A stretch of 26,491 nt of DNA from NCBI GenBank assembly GCA_038209745.1, contig JBBQXJ010000065.1:1-26491 (forward strand), given 5' to 3'. The first letter of the stretch is position 1, and every line of letters begins with the position of its first letter. Source of the DNA: Verrucomicrobiota bacterium (GTDB lineage Bacteria; Verrucomicrobiota; Verrucomicrobiia; Limisphaerales; CANJSG01). A program made the translations under genes and the position numbers. The notes under the pieces were generated by a model. That model worked only from the letters and a program-made list of their open reading frames with translations, was not told where the DNA came from and ran no database searches. Shown one piece after another: positions 1 to 9,560 of this stretch.

Positions 1-245
1 GCACCAGCTCCACGTCCTCTTCGGGCTGGCCAACCTCGTGCTCGCCGCGCGGAAACTTGCATGAACCCCGCCAAGAACCCGGGCGCTATCCCCCGGAAAC
101 GAGCCCGGTTCGCCGAAACCTTCAGCCCTGCGGCCCCCGCCAGGCCTCGAAGACCCTGCCGCCTCCGCCCGGCAGCCTCCTTTTTGACCCGCCGTCTTCC
201 AGAAAACCACGACTCCCTCCAACCAAGCCTTTATTCAGCGCTTCC
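1..245 (+). mobile_element. Right end of an IS5-family insertion sequence
   Basis: TTTATTCAGCGCTTCC (230-245) resembles the IS5 terminal IR (CTTATTCGCACCTTCC). It is directly followed by CTAG (246-249), the canonical IS5 target tetramer. The left end is not in the window. Confidence 0.75.
2..64 (+). CDS. IS5-family transposase, C-terminal end (5' part outside the window)
   Basis: Frame 2 reads HQLHVLFGLANLVLAARKLA*, matching the IS5-subgroup transposase C-terminal pattern (QLxxLFxLANL). It is followed by an IS5-like terminal repeat at 230-245. Confidence 0.75.
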   Translation, partial: HQLHVLFGLANLVLAARKLA

Positions 246-371
246 CTAGTGGCCTTGCCGGGTGGCGACGTGGGCTGCCTCTACGAAGCTGGTGAGAAGG
301 ACTCCTACGAAAAGATCGTCTTGGCGCGGTTCCCCGTCGGCTGGATCACCGGGATGGACGAGGAGAAGTAA
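246..371 (+). pseudogene. C-terminal fragment of a sialidase/BNR-repeat (GH33-like) gene cut off by the IS
   Basis: From the CTAG the frame reads LVALPGGDVGCLYEAGEKDSYEKIVLARFPVGWI, typical of the last blade of bacterial sialidases (AYSxLxxLPDGxxGxLYExG...IxFARFxxxW). Confidence 0.65.
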
Positions 372-389
372 CTCTGCTCGAACGGGCTT

Positions 390-1772
390 TTAGCCAAACA
401 AGCGCGTGAAGTTTTCCGCGATTTCCGCGGTGAGCGGCTCCAGCGGTTTACCGAGGAAGGTCGCGAGTCCGCGATAGACCGCGACGAGGTTGGCGGGGTG
501 GTTCAAAGGACGATCCGCGCTTTCGTCCACGACGAACTCCGGTTGGGGCAGAGGCTGGTCCGGTGCGTCCGTTTCGATCAGCAGCCGATCCGGCGGAACG
601 GCCCGGAAGACTTCGCGTTGTCGCTGTTTGCGCTCGTGCAGGAAGTAGCCGGGGAAGCTGAAGTAGGCGCCGAGCTTGGCGAAGCCGGGGACCATCTCCG
701 CCGGGCCCCCGTAGCTGTGGAGGAGAAAACCTCGGGCCGGACGGGGATTGGACTTCAGCATTTCCTCCAATGGGCCAAAGGCTTGGAGACAATGGATGGT
801 GGCGGGAAGGTTTCGCTCCGCCGAGAGCCGGAGCTGCCAGACGAACGCGTCTTCCTGATCCTCCATCGAAGCGGGGGTCCGACCGCCGAGAGCCGGGATA
901 TATCGAGTGCGATGGTTGGGCGACTGGTCGAGAATCCAACGGTCGAGACCGATCTCGCCGATGACCGCACCGGGAGTTTGGTCGAGCGCAGAGACGAGGG
1001 CGTCTCGCCAGCCGCCGGACCGCTCGTGCAGATACCAGGGGTGATAGCCGAAGCTCGGGACCACGACATCGGGGAAGCGGCGGGCCAATGCGGCGACCTG
1101 CCGCCAGTCCGCTTCGCACGCGCCGTTGACGACCATCTTCGTCACGCCGGCGCTGCGGCAGGTGGCGATCAGCTCGTCCTGCCGACCGCCGAGGCGTTCG
1201 TCCTGGAGATGGTTGTGGGCGTCGAAGAATTGGAGGCCGGATTCCCGATTCCCGATTCCCGATGCCGGATGCCTGAAGACGGTCGGGGAAGGCGACTCGT
1301 GGAGGAGGGTGTTCGGTTCGGTATCGGGCATCCGGTATCCGGCATCCGGCCTCTGTCTGCTCGCCCTCTCCCGAATCGCCTCCGCGACGCGCAGCACGGT
1401 GGCACGGCGGCTCTCGGCCAGTTGTTTGAGAATTCCCAGATCCTCCAGGAACCCGGCGTCGAACTGGGCGACCTGTTCCTGAGGAAGGCCGTTCGCGAGA
1501 TCGGCGAAAAGTCCCGTCAACGCCTTCAGCGTCACCGCGTCCGAGTCGGTCTGGATGTGGCAGATGCCGTCGGAAAATTCAGACGCGAACCAAAGACGCA
1601 CCTGGCACCCGGGCACGAGGTTCGAGTCCAGGCGCAACGCTTCGGGCATGGGCGGGCGCGTCCGGGCCAGATCCACCAGCCGCGACAGGCGTTGCTGGGG
1701 ATTGCGGATGGCCGAGAGCATCGCGGTGGTCTGCGCGATGCGTTCGGCGAGCGTTGGGTGCGGTTCGGGCAC
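390..1772 (-). CDS. SufE-domain / TatD-family hydrolase fusion (460 aa)
   Basis: The N-terminal ~140 aa carry SufE motifs VPGCQ (sulfur-accepting Cys) and DSDA. The C-terminal part has TatD motifs DAHNH, GEIGLD, IHC, LHS and ETDAPD. It is one uninterrupted frame. Confidence 0.85.
   Translation of the reverse strand: MPEPHPTLAERIAQTTAMLSAIRNPQQRLSRLVDLARTRPPMPEALRLDSNLVPGCQVRLWFASEFSDGICHIQTDSDAVTLKALTGLFADLANGLPQEQVAQFDAGFLEDLGILKQLAESRRATVLRVAEAIRERASRQRPDAGYRMPDTEPNTLLHESPSPTVFRHPASGIGNRESGLQFFDAHNHLQDERLGGRQDELIATCRSAGVTKMVVNGACEADWRQVAALARRFPDVVVPSFGYHPWYLHERSGGWRDALVSALDQTPGAVIGEIGLDRWILDQSPNHRTRYIPALGGRTPASMEDQEDAFVWQLRLSAERNLPATIHCLQAFGPLEEMLKSNPRPARGFLLHSYGGPAEMVPGFAKLGAYFSFPGYFLHERKQRQREVFRAVPPDRLLIETDAPDQPLPQPEFVVDESADRPLNHPANLVAVYRGLATFLGKPLEPLTAEIAENFTRLFG
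1238..1350. repeat. Two inverted arrays of 7-bp tandem repeats in the SufE-TatD linker
   Basis: (GATTCCC)3-GATGCCG-GATGCC at ~1240-1273 and GGTATCG-GGCATCC-GGTATCC-GGCATCC at ~1320-1347. CCGGATGCC and GGCATCCGG are complementary. Confidence 0.75.
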
Positions 1773-1902
1773 GGGCGGGCTTTTTAAGCGGGAAACGGAG
1801 TCGAGGCAATCCAGCCCGTGACCGGCCGCGTTTTGGTCGCTTCATACGCAAACGTAGGATTTGCGCGGCGCCCGGTTTCGGCTACGAATTCAAAGCACGA
1901 AC

Positions 1903-3339
1903 ATGAGCGCTCTTCCCCATATTCCCGTCCTCCGCCGCGGACGCCCCTACGAGTCCCTCGACCAGGTCGAGGTCAAGGACCACAAGACCGGCGAGGTCAT
2001 CGCCACGGTCAGCACCGTCAATGCCGGCATCGTTCGCAAGGATCTCCAGAGGATCTCCGAGGCCCGGAAGGCATTGAGCCGGTTCACCGTCGCCCAGCTC
2101 ATCGAGATCAGCGCCAAGGCCGGCGAACACTTCCTCAACGGCACGTTGCCGCTGGGCGACAAGGGCCACACCCAGTCCACGCAGGGATACATCGAGACGC
2201 TCTCCCGCACCTCCGGTCTCCCGTGGGTCATGGTCCGGCGCAACATGGCCAAGATCCACTACGCGCTGACCCACATGCAGGAGATCCTCAACGGCCTCTC
2301 CCGCGGGCTCGATTTTTCCATCATCGACCACGGCCAGGGCGAACAGTTCGGCACCCGCCTCAGCTTCTTCCCCACCTGCCACGCGCTCGGCCTCGTCATG
2401 CCCAGCAATTCTCCGGCGGTGAATTCCCTCTGGCTCCCCGCCATCGCGCTGAAGACGCCCGTCGTCATCAAACCCGGCAAGGAAGAACCCTGGACGCCTT
2501 ATCGCCTCATCCAGGCCTTCATCGCCGCCGGCGCCCCCGCCGAAGCTTTCGGCTACTACCCGACCGACCACGAAGGCTCCGGCGAAATCCTCAAGACCTG
2601 CGGCCGCGCCCTGATCTTCGGCGACAAGAACACCATGGCCCAATACGCCAACAACCCGGCCATCCAGTTGCACGGGCCGGGTTGGAGCAAGTTCCTCATC
2701 GGCGAGGACTGCATCGAGAACTGGCGCGACTATATCGACGTCATGGCCGCCTCCATCAGCGACAACGGCGGCCGCTCCTGCATCAACGCCTCGGCCATCC
2801 TCGTGCCAAAATACGCCGCCGAGATCGCCGACGCGCTCGCCCAGAAGATCGGTCCCTTCGCCCCGTTGCCGAACTCCGACGAGAACGCCAGACTCTCCGG
2901 CTTCGCCAATGTGAAGATGGCCGACTTCATCGACGCGCAGATCGAGGACGGCTTGAAGACTCCGGGCGCCACCGACGCCACCGCGCAGTATCGCAGCGGC
3001 CCGCGCAAGGCCCACTACGAGGGCGGCGTCTATCTGCGTCCGACCATCATCCACGCCGAGAGCGTGGCCCATCCGCTCTACAACCGGGAATACCTCTGCC
3101 CCTTCGCCACTGTGGTGCAGGTGCCGCAGAAGGAGATGCTCCAGCACATCGGCTACACCCTGGCCTGCTCCGCCATCACCAAGGACGAAGCCTTCATCGA
3201 ACAGCTCTACGCCTGCGGCGAGATCGACCGGCTGAACATCGGTCCCGTCTCCACCATGAAGATCTCCTGGGACCAGCCGCACGAGGGCAACATGTTCGAG
3301 TTTCTCTGGCAGCGCCGCAGCATCGAGCGCGGATGGTAG
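1903..3339 (+). CDS. Aldehyde dehydrogenase superfamily protein (possibly acylating / acyl-CoA reductase-like)
   Basis: ALDH-fold motifs PSNSP, IKP, catalytic Cys in GGRSCINAS, and EYLCP. Strong GC3 codon bias. ATG at 1903 preferred over TTG at 1861. Confidence 0.85.
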   Translation: MSALPHIPVLRRGRPYESLDQVEVKDHKTGEVIATVSTVNAGIVRKDLQRISEARKALSRFTVAQLIEISAKAGEHFLNGTLPLGDKGHTQSTQGYIETLSRTSGLPWVMVRRNMAKIHYALTHMQEILNGLSRGLDFSIIDHGQGEQFGTRLSFFPTCHALGLVMPSNSPAVNSLWLPAIALKTPVVIKPGKEEPWTPYRLIQAFIAAGAPAEAFGYYPTDHEGSGEILKTCGRALIFGDKNTMAQYANNPAIQLHGPGWSKFLIGEDCIENWRDYIDVMAASISDNGGRSCINASAILVPKYAAEIADALAQKIGPFAPLPNSDENARLSGFANVKMADFIDAQIEDGLKTPGATDATAQYRSGPRKAHYEGGVYLRPTIIHAESVAHPLYNREYLCPFATVVQVPQKEMLQHIGYTLACSAITKDEAFIEQLYACGEIDRLNIGPVSTMKISWDQPHEGNMFEFLWQRRSIERGW

Positions 3340-3433
3340 GCCCCAGTCATCGGTAGGTGTGGAGGCTCAGGAGGTTGTTCATGAGGAGACGGAGCCGTGG
3401 GATGGGCGGGAGGAGGTTGAGGGAGGGTCGTGG

Positions 3434-3659
3434 CCTGCTTGAGTTCGCCCCGGGGTGCCAGCGACGGTGGCGACGAGGCCTTCGATCTCGAACTCGTTCG
3501 CGTAGACCATCAACCGGACCCTGGACTATTGGTCGTCCGGATCGTCACTGATGTCGGTCTACACCATTCGCCGGGGCTGTTCCGCCGCCGGGGCTGAGAG
3601 GCAGAGCGAAACGAGCAGCGCGGCGTGAGTCTTGGGGCGGCGGCCCGGCCGGCTGCCAT
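3434..3659 (-). pseudogene. Decayed 5' fragment of a secreted DUF1593 (nucleoside hydrolase-like) protein
   Basis: The minus strand reads AALLVSLCLSAPAAEQPRRMV*TDISDDPDDQ*SRVRLMVYANEFEIEGLVATVAGTPG, then a frameshift to ELKQA. In-frame TAG stops at 3559-3561 and 3526-3528. Boundaries are approximate. Confidence 0.75.
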
Positions 3660-3845
3660 CACCGTTCCGTCGCGATGTGATCGCTACCCAAAGATCCGCT
3701 GCCTTGGTCATGCCAAGACTTTGGCGGCAGAGGTTCCCGTTTCAACTCCCTTTCACCACGAACCGGAACCGCATCGTCCTTGCCGATGAAACCGAAAGAC
3801 GACCGCGGCGGCGGCGGCGGCGTCTATGCGCCTCCGTGCTTGGGA

Positions 3846-4931
3846 TCATTGCGAGCGGAGGCGGTAGAAGCGGCCGGGATAGTGGGTGGAGTCCGGATCG
3901 GTGAAGGCGGCGGAGCCGGTGGAGAAGGTGTTGGTGGCGACCGGGATCCAGAGCGGACTGGCAAGATCGGTGGCGGCTTCCACGACGACGGTCATGCCAT
4001 TGGTCCAGTCGATGTTGAAGCCAAAACCCGCAGGCTTTCCGTCACCGAACTTTGGATTCAGCAGCCGCGGCCTCAACCAAAGCGCGGTGGGCAGCCCTCC
4101 GAACATGCCGCTCCAGCCGGTTTGGTCGGCCAGACGATAGACGGTCGCCCGGGTTGCGCCGAAAAAGACGTTCTCGCCGATCGAGGGGGCGTTTCCGATG
4201 AAATAGATCCCCGTCAGGTTGGTGCAGGAGCCGAGGGCATAGTCCCCGATGTTGGTGATACTGTCGGGAATCGTGATCTTGGACAGCCGGCTGCACTCGG
4301 CGAACGTGGCGGTCCCGATCATGGAGACGTTTCGGCCGATCGTGAAATCCGTAAGGCCTTGGCAGCCTTGAAACGCGAAGTTGCCGACTTTGACGACGCT
4401 GTCCGGAATCGTGAACCGGGCCAAACTAGAGCAGCTGTCGAAGGCATTGTCGCCGATGCTGAAAACCCCGTTCGGCAGCCGAAGGATTGTCAGGGATCCA
4501 CAAAAATAAAATGCGCGGCTGCCGATATGGGCCAGTCCGCGGCCGATCATAACGTTGGTCAATCCCACGCAGGCACTGAATGCGCTGTCTCCGAGGCTGG
4601 TGACGCTGTCGGGAATCGTGACGCTCGTCAGGCTGAATTTGTTGGCAAAAGCGTAGGGCGCGATCTCGGTGACCGGCAGACCCGTGATCGTTTCGGGAAT
4701 GGCCGCTACCGGGTTGGTGCCCGTGTAGCTCTGGAGGGTGATGGTGCCGCTGTTGTTCGTGCTATAGCTGAACTCCTCGGCTTTCGCCTCCGCAGTCAGC
4801 GTCAGGATCAGCAGGAGCAAGGACAGAATCCCAGTGCCGTGGACGGTTCTGGATCGCCATCCTAATTTGATGTTGAAGGTCGGGCGTCGGGTCGGGGCCT
4901 GAGCGGCGGGGAGCGTGGTGGAATACGACAT
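3846..4931 (-). CDS. Secreted BspA-type leucine-rich repeat (LRR_5) protein
   Basis: 23-aa repeats such as LTSVTIPDSVTSLGDSAFSAC. Hydrophobic signal segment ending AEAKA. C-terminal domain EAATDL...W...FTD...RFYRL. AGGAG RBS upstream of the ATG. Confidence 0.9.
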   Translation of the reverse strand: MSYSTTLPAAQAPTRRPTFNIKLGWRSRTVHGTGILSLLLLILTLTAEAKAEEFSYSTNNSGTITLQSYTGTNPVAAIPETITGLPVTEIAPYAFANKFSLTSVTIPDSVTSLGDSAFSACVGLTNVMIGRGLAHIGSRAFYFCGSLTILRLPNGVFSIGDNAFDSCSSLARFTIPDSVVKVGNFAFQGCQGLTDFTIGRNVSMIGTATFAECSRLSKITIPDSITNIGDYALGSCTNLTGIYFIGNAPSIGENVFFGATRATVYRLADQTGWSGMFGGLPTALWLRPRLLNPKFGDGKPAGFGFNIDWTNGMTVVVEAATDLASPLWIPVATNTFSTGSAAFTDPDSTHYPGRFYRLRSQ

Positions 4932-5348
4932 GGGATCTCCTTGGTTGAACCGAGTGTTTGGATCTGGAACTAGATCTGAATTTCCTTCCGGAAAGTCACT
5001 TTGTTGCGGGAAATATTCGTCGGATAACAGGAGACCGGAGAGGACGCAATGCCGATTTTCTGCTGTCGCTCCGCAGCCTTCGCCGAGGACGAATCATCGG
5101 CACCGGGTCAATGGCAACGGATCGAATGCGGGCCGAGGTTCGGGGGCAGGTTTTGAAGAAGATGATCAGCAAAGGAGATGGGGAGGGTGCAGCCGGTCGT
5201 GGTTGGAGGCTGGTGAAGCAATGATCGAAGTGGCGTGGCGGCGGAAGGGTGGATTCCGACCGGGTTCGAGCTTGTGAGACGCAGTCTCCAGTTGAGCGGG
5301 GTCCTTGTTCTCTGTCCGGTTTTTCCGACGGCGGTTACTACTGGGTGA

Positions 5349-6417
5349 GTGAACCGCTCCACCGATCAACAACTGCTGGGAGAATTCGCCGAGAACCGCT
5401 CGGAAGAGGCGTTTGCGGAGCTCGTTCGGCGGCACATCGATCTGGTCCATTCCGCCGGCGTGCGGATGGTCTATGATTCGCATTTGGCGCAGGACGTCAC
5501 CCAGGGCGTGTTCGTGGCGTTGGCGGAGAATGCCCGGCCGCTGATCGACCACGCGATGCTGTCGGGCTGGCTGCATCGAACCACGCGTAACCTGGCCGCC
5601 AACGTCGTCCGTTCGGAGGTCCGTCGCCGTGCGCGCGAGGAGGATTCCGTCGCCATGAACAACACGTCTTCCGACGAGACCGATGATGGTTGGAACGAGA
5701 TCGCGCCAAATCTGGACGCCGCCATCGGGGATTTGGGCGAAGCGGACCGGGACGCGGTTCTGCTGCGCTACTTCGAGCGCTTGTCTGCCGGTGACATGGC
5801 GCGACGTCTTGGAATTTCCGAAGAAGCGGCGCAGAAGCGAGTGGGCCGGGCCGTCGTTCGGTTGCGCGGTCTCCTGGCCAAACGCGGCATCGGTGTCGGG
5901 GCCGGCAGCGTCGCCGCGCTGTTGTCCGTCCATGCGGTCCAAGCTGCTCCTTCGGGACTGATCGCCACCGTGTCCGCTGTAGCCGTGGCGGGCACCGCTT
6001 CCGCATCTCTCACCGCTGTCTCCACCATCGCCATGACCACCCTGCAAAAAGTCGCCATCTCCCTCGTCGTCGCTGCTGCCGCCGTCCAGAACTCCGCTCG
6101 CTCAACCACCGATCGGAATCGGAAGAACTTCGATGGGTCCGATGCCCAGGCGGACCAGTTCTATGGATCCCTCTACCAGCTCGCCTTGGACGATCAGACC
6201 GCCCACACCCCCAAGCCGGACGAGCTGGTCGGTCCTACGACGCAAGTATCGGCTCTTCGGGGAACGGCTATTGACGCGGAAACTGGACGCGCGTTCCGGT
6301 TTCGTGGACGCCGCCAAGCTCGAGAAATGCCGGGCCGAAAAGCAGACCGAAATCGACCGGATTGCCGATATGCTAAAGGCGTTGGTGCCGCAGAATTTCG
6401 AGGCGGTTAAGCCGTAG
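5349..6417 (+). CDS. ECF sigma-70 factor with C-terminal TM extension; 3' part probably deleted/frameshifted
   Basis: Region 2 (AFAELVRRH, AQDVTQGVF, LSGWL) and region 4 (DRDAVLLRYFE...LGISEEAAQKRVGRA) are intact, followed by an Ala-rich linker and MTTLQKVAISLVVAAAAV. The main frame stops at 6410; a more protein-like tail in another frame stops at 6417. Confidence 0.8.
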
Positions 6418-6505
6418 CCGGACCGATGGACCTGATCGGAGGCAGCAGGTTGTTCCGTTGTCGGGAATGGCGGCGAACTCCCTTTCGCCGCTACCGGACA
6501 TGGGC

Positions 6506-9397
6506 TCAGGCCTGATACGCCTCCATCCCCACGCAGGAGCAGACGAGGTTGCGGTCGCCGTAGACGTTGTCGATGCGGGCGACGGCGGGCCAGAACTTGG
6601 AGGTGCGGGTCCAAGGAGCGGGGAACGCCGCCTGTTCGCGGGTGTAGGGACGGTCCCACGCATCGCTACAGACGGTGGTGGCGGTGTGGGGCGCGTTCTT
6701 CAACGGGTTGTTCGCCTGGTCCATCTTGCCCGTTTCGACGGCCTGGATCTCGCCGTGGATGGCGATCATGGCGTCGCAGAAACGGTCGAGTTCACCAAGG
6801 GCTTCGCTTTCGGTCGGCTCGACCATCAAGGTGCCGGCGACGGGCCAGCTGAGGGTGGGGGCGTGGAAACCGAAATCCATGAGCCGCTTCGCGACGTCTT
6901 CGGCCGTGACGCTCTTGTAGGCGCGGAGATCGAGGATGCACTCATGGGCGACGAGGCCGGTCTTCCCCGTGTAGAGCGTGGGGAAGTAGGGCTCCAAACG
7001 CTTCGAGATGTAGTTGGCGTTGAGGATGGCGAACTTGGTCGCCTCGGTCAGGCCGCGTCCGCCCATGAGGGCGATGTAGACCCACGAAATGAGGAGGATG
7101 CTGGCGCTGCCCCAAGGCGCGGACGCCACGGCACCGATGGGATCTTCGCCGCCGAGGTTCACGACGGGATGGCCGGGGAGGAAGTCGACCAAGTGTTCCG
7201 CCACGCAGATGGGGCCCATGCCGGGACCGCCGCCGCCGTGGGGGATGCAGAAGGTCTTGTGGAGATTGAGATGGCAGACGTCGGCCCCGATGAAGCCGGG
7301 GCTGGTGAGTCCGACCTGGGCGTTCATGTTCGCGCCGTCCATGTAAACCTGGCCGCCGGCGTCATGGATGATCTGGCAGATCTCGCGGATGGACTCTTCG
7401 AAGACGCCGTGCGTGCTCGGATAGGTGATCATGAGCGCGCCGAGATTGGCGGCGTTGGCGTCGACCTTGGCGCGGAGATCGACGAGGTCGATGTTGCCCT
7501 TCGCATCGCAGGCGACGGCGACGACGGAGAAGCCGGCCATGACGGCGCTGGCGGGATTGGTGCCGTGGGCGGAGGTGGGGATGAGGCAGACGGTGCGGTT
7601 CGTCTGGCCGAGGCTTTCCTGATGGCGGCGGATGACGAGGAGGCCGGTGTATTCGCCGGCGGAACCGGAGTTCGGCTGGAGGGAGACGCCGGCGAATCCG
7701 GTGATCTCGGCGAGCCAGTCTTCGAGCTGCGCAAAGATCGTCTGGTAGCCGCGCGACTGGGAAAGAGGGGCGAAGGGATGGAGCGCGCCGAACTCGGGCC
7801 ACGACAGGGGGAACATCTCGGAAGTGGCGTTGAGCTTCATGGTGCAGGAGCCCAGGGAGATCATCGACTGGCAGAGCGAGAGGTCGCGGGACTCCAGCCG
7901 CTTGATGTAGCGGAGCATCTCGGTCTCGCTGTGGTAGCGGTTGAAGACCTCGTGCTTCAGGTAGGGGCTGGTGCGGACGAGCGGGGCGGGGAAAACGACT
8001 TCGGCGTCGGCGGCGAGCTCGGCGACCGTCCACGAGACGGGTTTGTCTCCGTTGAGGATTTGGAGGATCTCGGCGACGTCGGCTTCGCCGGTGGTCTCGT
8101 CGAGGGAGATGCCGATGGAGTGTTCGTCGACCGCGCGGAAATTGATGCGGTGCGATTCGGAAAGCTTGGCGATGTCGACGGTGCGCTTGCCGCGGAGGTG
8201 GACGGTGATGGTGTCGAAGAAGACGTCGGGGGAGACGACGAAGTCGAGACGTTCCAGGCCTTCGGCCAGGGCGGCGGTGAGCAGGTGGACGCGGTCGGCG
8301 ATTTTGCGGAGTCCTTCGGGGCCGTGGTAGACGGCATACATGGCGGCCATGTTGGCCAGCAGGGCCTGGGCGGTGCAGATATTCGACGTGGCCTTCTCGC
8401 GGCGGATGTGCTGCTCGCGGGTGCCGAGGGCGAGGCGAAGCCCGGGCTGGCCGGTGGCGTCCTTGGACACGCCGACGAGGCGGCCGGGCATCTGGCGCTT
8501 GAAGGCGTCGCGGGTGGCGAAGAAGGCGGCGTGCGGCCCGCCGAATCCGAGCGGCACTCCGAAACGCTGGGAGGTGCCCACGCAGACATCGGCGCCGAAT
8601 TCACCCGGGGGGCGAAGGATCGTGAGGGCGAGGATGTCGGCCGCGACGACGACGAGCGCGCCGGCGGCATGGGCTTTTTCGGCGAGCGCCTGGTAGTCCT
8701 CCACCGCGCCGTGGGTGTTGGGATACTGCAGCAGGATGCCCGCGACCTGGTCGTTGAACTCGAATTCCTCCGGGGCCGCCACCTTGATCTCGATGCCAAG
8801 GGGCTTCGCGCGGGTGGCGACGATCTCGATCGTCTGGGGATGGCAGTCTTCGGCCACGAGGAAGACGTTCCGGCCGTCCTTCACCGCGAAGCAGAGGTGC
8901 ATGGCCTCGGCGGCGGCGGTGCCTTCGTCGAGGAGAGAGGCGTTGGCGATCTCAAGTCCAGTGAGATCGCAGACCATGGTCTGGAAGTTGAGGAGCGATT
9001 CGAGCCGGCCCTGGGAGATCTCGGCCTGATACGGGGTGTATTGGGTGTACCAGCCGGGGTTTTCCAGGATGTTGCGCTGGATGACGGCGGGAGTAATGCA
9101 GCCGTGGTAGCCGAGGCCGATGTAGGAACGGCAGACGACGTTCTGGGCGGCGATGGCGCGGAGCTGATTGAGGGCGTCGAACTCGGACTCGATGGCTGGA
9201 ATGGAAAGCGGGGTCTCGGAACGGATGACGGCGGGAACGGCGGCGGCGATCAGCCCGTCGAGGGAATCATGGCCGAGGGCCTCCAGCATTCGGGTCGTCT
9301 CGGCCGGGTTGGGCCCGATATGACGGGAGAGAAACTTGTCGGGGTGGGCCAGCCCGGGGTTCTTCTCGGCAGCGTTCAAGGTCGTCGATTCAGACAT
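6506..9397 (-). CDS. gcvP: Glycine dehydrogenase (decarboxylating), glycine cleavage P protein, single-chain
   Basis: 963 aa; motifs [39 protein letters not shown] and the PLP-lysine motif HLNLHKTF. Confidence 0.97.
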   Translation of the reverse strand: MSESTTLNAAEKNPGLAHPDKFLSRHIGPNPAETTRMLEALGHDSLDGLIAAAVPAVIRSETPLSIPAIESEFDALNQLRAIAAQNVVCRSYIGLGYHGCITPAVIQRNILENPGWYTQYTPYQAEISQGRLESLLNFQTMVCDLTGLEIANASLLDEGTAAAEAMHLCFAVKDGRNVFLVAEDCHPQTIEIVATRAKPLGIEIKVAAPEEFEFNDQVAGILLQYPNTHGAVEDYQALAEKAHAAGALVVVAADILALTILRPPGEFGADVCVGTSQRFGVPLGFGGPHAAFFATRDAFKRQMPGRLVGVSKDATGQPGLRLALGTREQHIRREKATSNICTAQALLANMAAMYAVYHGPEGLRKIADRVHLLTAALAEGLERLDFVVSPDVFFDTITVHLRGKRTVDIAKLSESHRINFRAVDEHSIGISLDETTGEADVAEILQILNGDKPVSWTVAELAADAEVVFPAPLVRTSPYLKHEVFNRYHSETEMLRYIKRLESRDLSLCQSMISLGSCTMKLNATSEMFPLSWPEFGALHPFAPLSQSRGYQTIFAQLEDWLAEITGFAGVSLQPNSGSAGEYTGLLVIRRHQESLGQTNRTVCLIPTSAHGTNPASAVMAGFSVVAVACDAKGNIDLVDLRAKVDANAANLGALMITYPSTHGVFEESIREICQIIHDAGGQVYMDGANMNAQVGLTSPGFIGADVCHLNLHKTFCIPHGGGGPGMGPICVAEHLVDFLPGHPVVNLGGEDPIGAVASAPWGSASILLISWVYIALMGGRGLTEATKFAILNANYISKRLEPYFPTLYTGKTGLVAHECILDLRAYKSVTAEDVAKRLMDFGFHAPTLSWPVAGTLMVEPTESEALGELDRFCDAMIAIHGEIQAVETGKMDQANNPLKNAPHTATTVCSDAWDRPYTREQAAFPAPWTRTSKFWPAVARIDNVYGDRNLVCSCVGMEAYQA

Positions 9398-9520
9398 CAG
9401 GAGAGGTTAGGAAGGGCCGGGACCAAATCAAGTGCCCGGAAACGGTATCATGACTTCTGTGGCGGGCTAATGAGGTGGATGAGGCGGGCGACTTGTCGCC
9501 GAGCAGACCGCGAGTCACCC

Positions 9521-9560
9521 AAAAAAGAAGTCCGGTCCCGGCGTGGAGCGGGGATCGGAC
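9521..9560 (-). terminator. Intrinsic terminator-like hairpin at the 3' end of the candidate RNA, upstream of gcvP
   Basis: GTCCGATCCC-N11-GGGACCGGAC (one mismatch) followed by TTCTTTTTT on the minus strand. Confidence 0.55.

Noticed and set aside
57..371. 104-aa ORF as a genuine gene
   Set aside because: Chimera of IS non-coding end and the sialidase-like tail.
3526..3561. Two in-frame TAGs as stop-codon recoding (Gln/pyrrolysine)
   Set aside because: The same fragment is frameshifted and truncated, and TAG ends the intact ALDH gene; ordinary decay explains it.
3805..3822. (GGC)n microsatellite
   Set aside because: Short, intergenic and expected at this GC content.
4932..5348. Short ORFs between the LRR and ECF genes (4958-5224, 4915-5277)
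   Set aside because: No recognisable family or codon bias. A decayed remnant cannot be excluded without blastx.
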